Origin: an uncultured archaeon
GTDB lineage: Archaea > Asgardarchaeota > Heimdallarchaeia > Heimdallarchaeales > Heimdallarchaeaceae
Reading direction: 5' to 3'
DNA: 25,691 nucleotides
Assembly: GCA_964534625.1 (NCBI GenBank)
Contig: CAZHRF010000011.1
Coordinates: forward strand, 49,474 to 75,164
Numbering within the stretch: the first letter of the stretch is position 1; the number at the start of each line of letters is the position of its first letter. Both the position numbers and the translations under genes were made by a program. This document shows positions 10,319-19,257 of the stretch, in pieces. Under the pieces are notes generated by a model. The model saw only the letters and a list, made by a program, of their open reading frames with translations, was not told the DNA's origin and did no database searches.

Positions 10319-11365
10319 TTATTCCATTAAATCTTCCCACTTTAAAATGTCATCCTCTTCTTTGTCAGCAAAGATTTTTTTTCCTACAATCAAATCGTAG
10401 TGAATAGGACTGATACCAGTAGCCGGTCTCTTTGTTGTAAGTTTCTCTTCAGTAATAACTTCACCTTTTTTCATCGATTCAGCTAAGACGATACTTCTTC
10501 GGGCATAGTTTCTTGCAGGTAATTCTGCTTCAACTGGTCTTTTAACTTCCTCTCCTAACACGTCCTGTACTATACGAAGATTGTTAGTAAGTTTAGATAA
10601 ATCGTTTGGATCCATTGCATGATAGTGGTCGTTTCCAGGTAATGTCTTATCTAATGTATAATGTTTTTCAATAATAGTAGCACCTAACATCGAAGCAATT
10701 ACCAATATCATCATATTTTCATCAGGTAAGGTATGATCTGAATAACCGATTAAATATTCAGGGAAAATCTCTTGAAGATGTCTAATCATTCGGAGATTGG
10801 CATCGCTATTTTTTGTTGGATAACTTAATACGCAATGTAATAAAACTATCTGATTATTCCCTTGTTCTTTTATTGTTTCCACTGCATTGTATATTTCTGC
10901 TATGGTAGAGGCACCAGTTGATAAGAAAATTGGTTTATTCTTCTTCGCAATATGTCGTAAAAATGGTATGTTAGTTATATCTGAAGAAGAGATCTTGAAA
11001 ACTGGCATAATTTCATCTAAGAAGTCTGCACTTTCATTATCAAATGGGGTGGACATAAATATAATGCCCTTTTTTTCTGCTTCTTTAGCTAGTTCTCTGT
11101 ACTCCTTCTCCCCAAATTTATCAAGTTTTTTGAAAAAATCCCGTTGCGTCATATTTGTATCCCAATACGCTGGAGATTCTTTTGCAGCTATTTTTTCCGC
11201 TTTATATGTTTGGAATTTAATTGCATCAGCTCCAGTCTTGGCAGCCTCTCTTATCATTTTTTTAGCTGTGTCCATGTCATTTTCATGGTTAACTCCTGCT
11301 TCAGCAATAATAAATGGGGTGCTCTTTTCATCAATGATTCTATCATTAATCTGTATTTTTTTCAT
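10319..11365 (-). CDS. neuB: NeuB-family nonulosonic acid synthase with C-terminal SAF domain
   Basis: IIAEAGVNH, ADAIKFQ, STPFD, LSTGAS, LLHCVLSYP, GYSDHT, EKHYTLD, and ARRSIV...KRPATGISP. Confidence 0.92.
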   Translation of the reverse strand: MKKIQINDRIIDEKSTPFIIAEAGVNHENDMDTAKKMIREAAKTGADAIKFQTYKAEKIAAKESPAYWDTNMTQRDFFKKLDKFGEKEYRELAKEAEKKGIIFMSTPFDNESADFLDEIMPVFKISSSDITNIPFLRHIAKKNKPIFLSTGASTIAEIYNAVETIKEQGNNQIVLLHCVLSYPTKNSDANLRMIRHLQEIFPEYLIGYSDHTLPDENMMILVIASMLGATIIEKHYTLDKTLPGNDHYHAMDPNDLSKLTNNLRIVQDVLGEEVKRPVEAELPARNYARRSIVLAESMKKGEVITEEKLTTKRPATGISPIHYDLIVGKKIFADKEEDDILKWEDLME

Positions 11366-11366
11366 C

Positions 11367-13073
11367 TTATTCTACCTCTATTTGTACGTTCAATTTGGTG
11401 GAAGGATATTTTTCATGATACTTTTCGAATATTTTGTTTATTATTCTTTTTATGCCATATTTTAAATCATAACGAGTTAATATTCTATTCATTTCCTTCC
11501 TTAGATTAGTATTAGTACTCAGTTTAGTTATAGTTTTCTTTAATTTTTTTTTGGTTTTCTCATCTGCTAATCCTAAATATTCTATACCCTTTGAATCTTT
11601 TGAAAAGGTATGTTTTGTTTCTCTCTCATTTTGAGCAATAACTATTGTCGGAACACCAATAGATGCTACTTCAAACACCGTTCTACCGTTGGATGTAATA
11701 GCTATATCAGCATTATACATAAATTTAGACATGAATTTGATATCTTGAAAAACCTCTATATTATAACCTTCAGATTGTAATTTAGAAACATATTCATTTA
11801 GTGCATCTTTATATCTATATCCCAAGCCTAATACTATAGTAATTGTTATATCTTTTTTTTCTAAACCTTGGATGGCTTTAAGTGCTTCAAAAGTTAGATT
11901 ATTTTGGTCAGTTCCACCAAATGTAATCAAGATATTTTCAATATTTTCCTTGATTTTTTTGGTGGGGATTAACCTAAATTCCTCTCGTAGACAAATATAC
12001 TGGTGACCACTGTAGAAGTTTTCTTGATCAAAATTGGGATATTCATAAATGGCATTGAAAACAATATCTGCTTCTTTTGCTCCCATTCCAAGATCCTCAA
12101 ATGAAACAACTAATGCACCATGTTGTTTTAGTTTGGATATATATTGTAATTCAGTATCAAGAATATCGACCATAATAATATCGGGCTTTTCGTTTTCCAC
12201 AATATCGAAAAAAGATTTTTCTTCTGGGATGGTAACTAAGTTGTAATTATAAGACTTAACTTTATTAACTCCCAATTTAGATTTTTCGTTCATAACAAAA
12301 GTTATATCGTGCATAACAAGTTCATTTGCTATAGTTATCATTCTATAAACGTGCCCCATACCTATTTTATGATCGCCATCAACTCTCAAAAGTATTTTCT
12401 TTCTGTTGAGTATTTGTTCAGTTAGGAACCAATCTTTTTGAGTATCAATATCAATAGCTTCCTCTTCAGGGAGTTCAAAAACTCCAATAGGTTCTGAAAT
12501 ACGAGAATGACTTGTCAAGTTTTCTGTTTTTGTAATCAGGAATCCACCAGTTTCAAAAAAAACAGCATCAAGTTGTTGTCTATTCAATCTTTTTGGATAA
12601 AAAGGATGCAATTCTCCTTCTTTTTTGATCCAGAATAAATGTTTGATAGGTTCTACTGATAAAACTGTATGATAATGTTCCCTATAGAACTTTTCAATAG
12701 CGCTATCAATGGAGGTACTTCGTAATAATGGGCTAGTCGGTTGAAGAGTTATAACACAATCATATCTCACACTTGTTTGTCCCGAATATTCAATATATGC
12801 GTGATAAATAACTGGGTCTAGAGTTGTAGCATCTTCAGCTAATTTTTTGGGGCGATCAACTATATATTTAATACCAAACATTCTGCTAATATTTGCAATT
12901 TCTTCGTCATCTGTTGTAACAATTACGTCATCAATATAATCACTTGAAAGTGCAGTATTGATGCAGTATGCAATTAAAGGTTTATTCTGTAAAAAGCGAA
13001 CATTTTTTCTAGGTATACCTTTTGATCCACCTCTAGCGGGAATTATAGCTAAGATTTTTTTGTCGTTGTACAC
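11367..13073 (-). CDS. Fusion of CMP-nonulosonate synthetase (NeuA/PseF-like) and PseG/SpsG-like GT-B hydrolase
   Basis: N-half has IIPARGGSKGIPRKN, LQPTSPL and DIDT. C-half has LRVDGDHKIGMGHVYR, LITFGGTD and GRTVFEVASIGVPTIVIAQNERE. GTG start. Confidence 0.88.
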   Translation of the reverse strand: MYNDKKILAIIPARGGSKGIPRKNVRFLQNKPLIAYCINTALSSDYIDDVIVTTDDEEIANISRMFGIKYIVDRPKKLAEDATTLDPVIYHAYIEYSGQTSVRYDCVITLQPTSPLLRSTSIDSAIEKFYREHYHTVLSVEPIKHLFWIKKEGELHPFYPKRLNRQQLDAVFFETGGFLITKTENLTSHSRISEPIGVFELPEEEAIDIDTQKDWFLTEQILNRKKILLRVDGDHKIGMGHVYRMITIANELVMHDITFVMNEKSKLGVNKVKSYNYNLVTIPEEKSFFDIVENEKPDIIMVDILDTELQYISKLKQHGALVVSFEDLGMGAKEADIVFNAIYEYPNFDQENFYSGHQYICLREEFRLIPTKKIKENIENILITFGGTDQNNLTFEALKAIQGLEKKDITITIVLGLGYRYKDALNEYVSKLQSEGYNIEVFQDIKFMSKFMYNADIAITSNGRTVFEVASIGVPTIVIAQNERETKHTFSKDSKGIEYLGLADEKTKKKLKKTITKLSTNTNLRKEMNRILTRYDLKYGIKRIINKIFEKYHEKYPSTKLNVQIEVE

Positions 13074-13127
13074 ATCTTACACCTAATATAATGGTTTATT
13101 AGAAATTCATAATGGAATTGAAAATAC

Positions 13128-13337
13128 TCATAGGTAGCCTAGTTTTTTGAGTCTTTCTTCTACTTCTTTTTCTTCCTCTTCCAAAATTTCTTTCGTTTCT
13201 GCATTTTCTATTTTTTCTTTAAGCATATCTTCAACATAAGAATCTATTGTTTCATATTGATCTTCTTTCTTTATCAATTCTTTTAATTTATTATAAACTT
13301 CTTCAGATATCTCAATCTGGTATCTTTTTTCACTCAT
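13128..13337 (-). CDS. Small CopG/ribbon-helix-helix-like protein with acidic C-terminal tail ending EERLKKLGYL
   Basis: YQIEISEEVYNKLK...YETIDSYVEDMLKE strand-helix-helix pattern. GTGAT RBS; tightly packed in the operon. Confidence 0.75.
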   Translation of the reverse strand: MSEKRYQIEISEEVYNKLKELIKKEDQYETIDSYVEDMLKEKIENAETKEILEEEEKEVEERLKKLGYL

Positions 13338-13346
13338 TTTATCACT

Positions 13347-13931
13347 TCAATTTTTACTTTCTTCATTTCTTTGTCTATAAAGTCTTTTATCGACAACATT
13401 AGCAATTTTGGGATATTCTAAATCAAGTTCAAGAAACGTTCTAAGTTTGTCAATATAATCTTCTGGTTTACTTAAAATATTGTTATAAGAAACATACAAA
13501 ACATCAAAATTTTCATTCATAGCCAACCATCTTTTAATCTTCTCTAAGTGTTTTTCGAAATGTATTTGCATTTCATTATCACTAGTAGTGTTCTCTTCAT
13601 CTCGTCGGATTAGCATCTTCTTTTGAGACATTAAGATTTCTTTTAAATCTCTCTCCATAAATAATATTTTATACTGATAGTTGTTATCAGGTAGATATTT
13701 CAGAAGATATGAGATAATTTTGACAACTTTATTATCTTTATTGGCATCTTCCATCCACCCATAATCTTTTTCTGGTAATTTCTTAACTCTTTCAAATTCA
13801 AAATACCCCTTTGGATTGTCCATATCTGCCTTTCGTATTTCATCTGTTAGTGTATCTAGACCAGCAGTTTCTAACACACTCATCATCATTGAGGTACCAG
13901 ACCGAGGTAATCCAGAAACTATTATAATCAC
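13347..13931 (-). CDS. Short PAPS-dependent sulfotransferase
   Basis: IIVSGLPRSGTSMMM, NPKGYFE, FMERDLKEILMSQ and VSYNNIL. GTG start with GGAGG RBS. Confidence 0.85.
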   Translation of the reverse strand: MIIIVSGLPRSGTSMMMSVLETAGLDTLTDEIRKADMDNPKGYFEFERVKKLPEKDYGWMEDANKDNKVVKIISYLLKYLPDNNYQYKILFMERDLKEILMSQKKMLIRRDEENTTSDNEMQIHFEKHLEKIKRWLAMNENFDVLYVSYNNILSKPEDYIDKLRTFLELDLEYPKIANVVDKRLYRQRNEESKN

Positions 13932-13942
13932 TTATATTCCTC

Positions 13943-15286
13943 CTATTTAGATAATTTTTGTTTCTTTTTATGTATATCTATTAGCTTCTCTAATTCTTGG
14001 GCTAATTCTGCTTTTTTGTCAATTTGATTATTTTGTTCCATAGGATCTTCTGTAAGGTTAAATAATTGTTTAGTTCCGTCATCATATTTAATATACTTCC
14101 ACCTTTTTCCCCTTATCGTAACGATTTGATTCCCAGTACCACTCATCGATACTTTTCCCCTGTCTTCCATAGTCTCACTAATGATATAAGGACGTTCTCT
14201 GTAACCATCTCCGAAAATGAACTGACCTTTAAATAACTCAGGTATTTTTATTCCTGATAATCCAAGAATTGTTGGAGCTAAATCTACTAAAGATATTAGA
14301 TCAGTATGTCTTTGAAGGTCGATATCATTGTCACTTATTAGTAAGGGAACATGAATTAATTCATCATATAACTTGGCTTTATGACTGAAATCGCCGTGTT
14401 CTTTGAATTCTTCACCGTGGTCGGCAGTTATAATAATAGTTGACGCTCCAATTTTTTCTTGCCATGTTTTGATTAGTTTGTTAATATGTTTGTCAGTAAA
14501 ATGGATCTCTGCATCGTAAAGATCGATTATGCGCTGTTTTAATTCTTCAGAAACGTTTTCGGGATGTCGTATCTTTTTATCGATTTTAAATGACTTTTTC
14601 AAGGAAACTTCTTCATCTCTCCATTTTTTTAAAGAATCAGAGTAAATAAAAGGGTGATGAGGATCCATGTAATGAACCCATAAGAAAATAGGTTGATCAG
14701 TATGGTGTGTTTCTAACCATTCGAGAACTTTCTCAGTCGTCACATCAGCTCTAGCGTAAGGTATCTCATCTTCAACAAATATCTGATTATATACGCTTTT
14801 AAAAGTCAAAATAATTTTCCGGAGTATTTTACGTAGAAAGGGTACTTTCTTAATATTCCTTTTAAGAAAAGAATGCTTGGGCGGTTTAACTTTACTTTTA
14901 TCCTGTGTATTTAGTTTAGATTTGCCTTTTCTAGCACCAAGATCGAAGAAAAAATCAAACCCCCTTTCATAACCATAATGATCTGACACGTAAACATTAG
15001 AATGAAAGCCAGCAGTAGTGTATCCATGTTCTTTGAAAATAGACGTAAGACTTGTTCTTCTGTTATGCTTTAAGGAAGGAATTGAACTATAATCTAGAGG
15101 ATGTGTGGATGTAAATATGGCTGGAAACGAATAGGGTGTACTTGGTCCTGTTGAAAAAGCATTATCAAAAATCTTGAAGTTAGTAGATAGCTTATCTAAA
15201 AGGGGTGTCGTCTTTCGGTTATAACCATAACAACTCATATGATCTGGTCTCAAACAATCAACAGTAATTAAGAGAATACTTTTCAT
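13943..15286 (-). CDS. Cytoplasmic sulfatase-like hydrolase/transferase (alkaline phosphatase superfamily) with Thr-type active site
   Basis: ITVDCLRPDH, PSTPYSFPAIFTS, HYMDPHHP, YDAEI, TADHGEEF...H and LYDELIHVPL. No signal peptide and no [C/S]xPxR motif. Confidence 0.85.
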   Translation of the reverse strand: MKSILLITVDCLRPDHMSCYGYNRKTTPLLDKLSTNFKIFDNAFSTGPSTPYSFPAIFTSTHPLDYSSIPSLKHNRRTSLTSIFKEHGYTTAGFHSNVYVSDHYGYERGFDFFFDLGARKGKSKLNTQDKSKVKPPKHSFLKRNIKKVPFLRKILRKIILTFKSVYNQIFVEDEIPYARADVTTEKVLEWLETHHTDQPIFLWVHYMDPHHPFIYSDSLKKWRDEEVSLKKSFKIDKKIRHPENVSEELKQRIIDLYDAEIHFTDKHINKLIKTWQEKIGASTIIITADHGEEFKEHGDFSHKAKLYDELIHVPLLISDNDIDLQRHTDLISLVDLAPTILGLSGIKIPELFKGQFIFGDGYRERPYIISETMEDRGKVSMSGTGNQIVTIRGKRWKYIKYDDGTKQLFNLTEDPMEQNNQIDKKAELAQELEKLIDIHKKKQKLSK

Positions 15287-15313
15287 TTTGCACTTTTCCT
15301 TAAATTTTTTAAT

Positions 15314-16794
15314 TTAATATTTTTTCTGTTTTCGTTCAGTTTTATATTTATTGTTGTGTATTATTTTTTGTAGTTCTTTTTTCAAATTTGATACGGGATT
15401 ACTTTTAAAGAAATATTCCTTATCTATTTTTTTCCTTTAAACTCTGGTATAAGTCGCTTTATTTCATCAGCAGACGAAACAACTTTAACTTTTCCAGTTT
15501 CAATTAAATTATACATATAGGGTGTAACAATACAATCTAAAAGAAATATTTTAAGACAAAATCCCAACCCCTCATATAGTGCTGTTGAATGCATTGCAAC
15601 CAGATATTCCGATGTGGCAAAAAGAGTATACAAATCATCCCTCTCGCTATCTACTATGTTTATATCTGCATCTTTTAGCCACAGATACCATTCTTCCCAT
15701 ACATCATCTTCAACAGGATGAGTTTGAAAATAATGCCATAATTGAATTCCTCGTCTTTACTGAGTTTCAAAGCGATTTTGGACAACTGAATATTGTCCTC
15801 GATAGGTTGGGATATGAAAAGAATTTGTTTCTTTTTAGAAAGGTGTTTGTATTTTTCCTTTTCTCTATCAAATTCGGGAAAACCGATTGCAACCAAATTT
15901 TCGTTTGGGATAGGATAGTTCACAATTATTCCAATATTTGCCAAATGTAAACATGTAATCTGGATAGGTCTGAATTTTTGTATTTGGACTTTCGAAAGAA
16001 TAGCCTACGTGATATCGTGAGATAATACCATGTTGCAGTTCAATAGTAGGGATATTAAGTGTATTGCATGCTTCAATAAAGTTAAAGTGTGAATAACTGA
16101 CGACAATGAGAACAGCTTTCGGTTGTATTTTATTTTGAAGTTTTAAATATATAGGTAGTATTCTCTCCCTGCGAACAAGAATCGCTTTAACCAATGTTTC
16201 AAGCATAATCCGAATTTGAAATAATGAATAGAATTGTTCAGTCAAATCTTTTAAGAAGTCTTGTTCTTGGTGGGTAAGGTTAATTTTAGGTTTTTTCCAA
16301 ATCCGTTGTAAATTTAGTATAGTATCGTAAAAAGTCAAATATTTAAGATTTTTAGTTTTAGGTGGGGTCAAAAATTTATTCCAAAAATGATTTTCAATTG
16401 ATAAAGAAGAATAATTGTCAAAGGGAAGATAATAATCAGAGTATATATCCCACCATTTACCATCTCCCATCAATTTTCTCCGACGGTGACTTAATATTAA
16501 AATATTTGACTTTTTGGCAAATAATGGGTTTCTGTGAATATATAAAATAGATTTGCCATAGATAGAAATTTTTGATGTTTGGATCGGATTTTGGAAAGAA
16601 AAGACCTTTTTTTCATTTTTTCTTGTATGAAATAACTGAGGTATAGAACTTGACGACCAACCTTAAAGCGAATTCGCCCCCCCCCCGAAATGAACATTAT
16701 TGATTTTCTTATCGAATAAATCATTGTTTGTTTCAAATTTGATGGATTTTTTATAGTTCTCCTCTAAATCCGATTCTTGCATATACTTTGTCAT
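15314..16794 (-). pseudogene. Frameshifted paralog of the 5599-7050 putative nonulosonate transferase
   Basis: Reconstructed from ATG 16794 to TAA 15314, it aligns end to end with 5599-7050 (DGKWWDIY, ELQHGIISRYH, EKYKHLSKKKQILFISQPIEDN, MHSTALYEGLGF, KEYFFK). It has five frameshifts: G10 at 16677-16686, ~16578, ~15922, ~15719 and ~15427-15433. The ORF-track entries at 15424, 15675, 15868 and 16497 are its fragments. Confidence 0.9.
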
Positions 16795-16919
16795 TTGAAT
16801 AGTCTTAAAATTTTTTTAGGTTGGAATGGTTATTTTTCTTTGTTTTTGGTCTTGTTTTACCTTCAAATTTTTAAATTCATTATACATCTTTATAACAATT
16901 AGAAGAGTATTGTGATAAC

Positions 16920-17291
16920 ATGAAAAACATGGAAAATTTCAAGAAACAAAGAGAAGAGATGAATGAAAAACTATTGGCTTTAGATAATAAACAAATACGA
17001 AGATTCATGTCGATAGATGCGGGAACCTATCGTGAAGGAGCATTAGATGTTAAAACAAAAGAGCTACTAGGACTGGTTACTAGTACCGTTTTACGATGTG
17101 AAGACTGTATAACTTATCATATGATTAGATCTGTACAAGAAGGATGGTCTGACGATGAAATAGCAGAAGCACTAAATGTAGCCTTAGTAGTGGGAGGTTC
17201 CATTACCATACCAGAAATAAGAAGAGCAGTAAATACGCTTTATATACTTAGAGAGAAAGAGAAAAATGGTGAGGGATTAAATTTGTTATAG
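16920..17291 (+). CDS. Carboxymuconolactone decarboxylase / AhpD-like protein
   Basis: GALDVKTKELLGLVTSTVLRCEDCITYH...EIAEAL..A..VGG. Confidence 0.88.
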   Translation: MKNMENFKKQREEMNEKLLALDNKQIRRFMSIDAGTYREGALDVKTKELLGLVTSTVLRCEDCITYHMIRSVQEGWSDDEIAEALNVALVVGGSITIPEIRRAVNTLYILREKEKNGEGLNLL

Positions 17292-17463
17292 ATTAATTTT
17301 TTAAAAATTTATCCAGATATAGATATGTGTCGGGTTAAATAGGCAAGATATGTCGAGAAGGAGAGTAGTGAAGGATGAGATGTACAGAAAGAGAAAATAA
17401 GGTAATAATAGTTTTATGTCCAATCTTATCAATTCCTATTAGTAGCTCTTGTTACTAAGATCA

Positions 17464-17994
17464 TTAATAACTATACTTCGAGTAAGTTTTCATATCTTTT
17501 AATTCTTTATCAAGCATTTCTTTTGCTAAGATTGTCTTTTCATCTATTTTTAATGCTTTTTTATAACATTTGATAGCTTTGTTACCTTTAAATAATCGGC
17601 CTAAAGTTACCCATTCGGATGCTGTGGTGGGTTTACGTTGAGAGAATACAAAGTCTAAGGCTTTATTTGGTTTTCCGAATTCAATAAAGAGAACTTCCTG
17701 TTTGATTAGCCTAGAATCAGCACCAGGCATTAATTGAGAAAAAAAAGCCTCCTGTGTAAAAGAGGGATGTCTATAGCTAGAGGGAAGCAACCATACCCAC
17801 TGTTGTTTTTGTGTGATAAGAACTGGTGATTTAACTACAATATAGCGTTTACAATCAGGACAAATAATAATATTGAATGCTCCGTTAATTACATCTTCTT
17901 TTTTTTCAGGTTGTAAATGCAAATTAATAGTTGATGGTATATTCTTATAAAAATCATTATGACAAAAGGGACATGTAATATTTTTAATGTTCAT
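17464..17994 (-). CDS. CpXC-type zinc-ribbon protein with C-terminal TPR-like helix pair
   Basis: ITCPFC and IICPDC; WVTLGRL...AIKCYKKALKID. Confidence 0.7.
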   Translation of the reverse strand: MNIKNITCPFCHNDFYKNIPSTINLHLQPEKKEDVINGAFNIIICPDCKRYIVVKSPVLITQKQQWVWLLPSSYRHPSFTQEAFFSQLMPGADSRLIKQEVLFIEFGKPNKALDFVFSQRKPTTASEWVTLGRLFKGNKAIKCYKKALKIDEKTILAKEMLDKELKDMKTYSKYSY

Positions 17995-18073
17995 AACCTA
18001 TGTTCAGCTCCTATCCTAAGAGTACATTATGCACGAATCAATTTAAAAATATACTTATTAATGGCATAATGAA

Positions 18074-18616
18074 ATGAATGTAAAGCAATATAAGATGTAT
18101 GTCAAGTTGTTGTACACAGAAATTGTGCTAATGTTAATCAATTTTTTAAATGCATTGTACTTGACTTATAATTATTACACGGGAAATGTTTATTGTGTGA
18201 TCGAACAAGGGTTATTCGATTGCGCAAGCGTGCATTTGAGTGAATATGCAATCTTTTTATGGTTGCCTGTTTCTCTTTGGGGGATGTTGTATCATCTTGT
18301 GTGTATAGGGATAATTATTTTTTCTATAAATAATATAGAAAAAGAGTATTTAGTTTCTTTTTATCTACCAGTAGCAATGATTTGGGGAGTTATTTTCTCT
18401 ACATATTTAACTATTGTACAAATATTTTTAATTGAAGCTTTTTGTGAGTTTTGTTTATTTTCAGCAATTACTGTGGTGATTAGCACAATTATAGCGTTGA
18501 TTGCAAAGAAAATAAGGTTTGGATCTGTTCTTGCTAAAATCGATTTCTGGGTACCAATTATTAACTATTGGAAAGAAAGAAGCGATAGAATGTTAGAAAA
18601 AGAAAAAGAGATTTAA
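18074..18616 (+). CDS. Vitamin K epoxide reductase (VKOR) family membrane thiol oxidoreductase
   Basis: Loop cysteines C..FDCASVHLSEYA, PVSLWG, STYLTIVQ, active-site FCEFC, and hydrophobic helices. Confidence 0.88.
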   Translation: MNVKQYKMYVKLLYTEIVLMLINFLNALYLTYNYYTGNVYCVIEQGLFDCASVHLSEYAIFLWLPVSLWGMLYHLVCIGIIIFSINNIEKEYLVSFYLPVAMIWGVIFSTYLTIVQIFLIEAFCEFCLFSAITVVISTIIALIAKKIRFGSVLAKIDFWVPIINYWKERSDRMLEKEKEI

Positions 18617-18631
18617 AGAAGGATAAAAAAA

Positions 18632-19168
18632 TTGATATTTATTATTACTGGAGGAAAAGCTGTAGGTAAAACAACTTTGGTTGAAAAACTCAGCAAAGAA
18701 TTAGTAAATGAAGATTTAAAAGTAGGGGGAGTAATAACTAAAGGACAAGAAGAAAGACATTTCATCTCAATAAAGGATAACAAACAAATACCCTTCTTTA
18801 ATAATAAAAAAAATAATAATACAAAAACAGTTTCAGTAGGTAAATTCTTAATCTCAACTAACGCTTTAAATTTTGCAAAAGAAGCAATTAAAACAAGTAT
18901 ATATGATGAAGTAATCTTTATCGATGAAATTGGTAAATTAGAAGCAAATTGTGAAGGATTGTATACTGCGACAAAAGAATTGATTGACAAACAAACAAAA
19001 AGTATTTTTGTTCTGGTAATAAGGGAAGACAATATGGATCAAATTTTACACTGTTTAGCCTTAGATGAGAAAAGGGTACGTATCATAAAAATTATTGAGA
19101 GACCCAATAAACAACTAATAAATCGAATAAAAACTGACATTCTAAAGCATCACTGGAATCCAAGCTAA
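18632..19168 (+). CDS. THEP1/NTPase_1-like P-loop nucleoside triphosphatase
   Basis: ITGGKAVGKTT, VGGVIT, VGKF and IFIDEIGKLE. TTG start. Confidence 0.85.
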   Translation: MIFIITGGKAVGKTTLVEKLSKELVNEDLKVGGVITKGQEERHFISIKDNKQIPFFNNKKNNNTKTVSVGKFLISTNALNFAKEAIKTSIYDEVIFIDEIGKLEANCEGLYTATKELIDKQTKSIFVLVIREDNMDQILHCLALDEKRVRIIKIIERPNKQLINRIKTDILKHHWNPS

Positions 19169-19257
19169 TAATGGCAAAGCGTTTTTTTATCCCTTTGCAT
19201 ATATTATCCTTTTATGCGTTAATATAGGTTTAAATATTATGAGATAATCATATAATT

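Larger units (their letters stand above)
6541..15857. repeat. Inverted 53-bp identical repeat pair (6541-6593 and 15805-15857)
   Basis: gaaaaatacaaacacctttctaaaaagaaacaaattcttttcatatcccaacc and its exact reverse complement. Confidence 0.95.

Noticed and set aside
10887-12246. Plus-strand ORFs 10887-11465, 11144-11509 and 12049-12246
   Set aside because: Antisense to neuB/neuA with no recognisable motifs.
13943-15286. Classical catabolic formylglycine arylsulfatase
   Set aside because: No [C/S]xPxR motif, no export signal, and biosynthetic context.
15314-16794. Programmed ribosomal frameshifting producing full-length protein
   Set aside because: Five independent shifts plus loss of a conserved Trp fit decay better.
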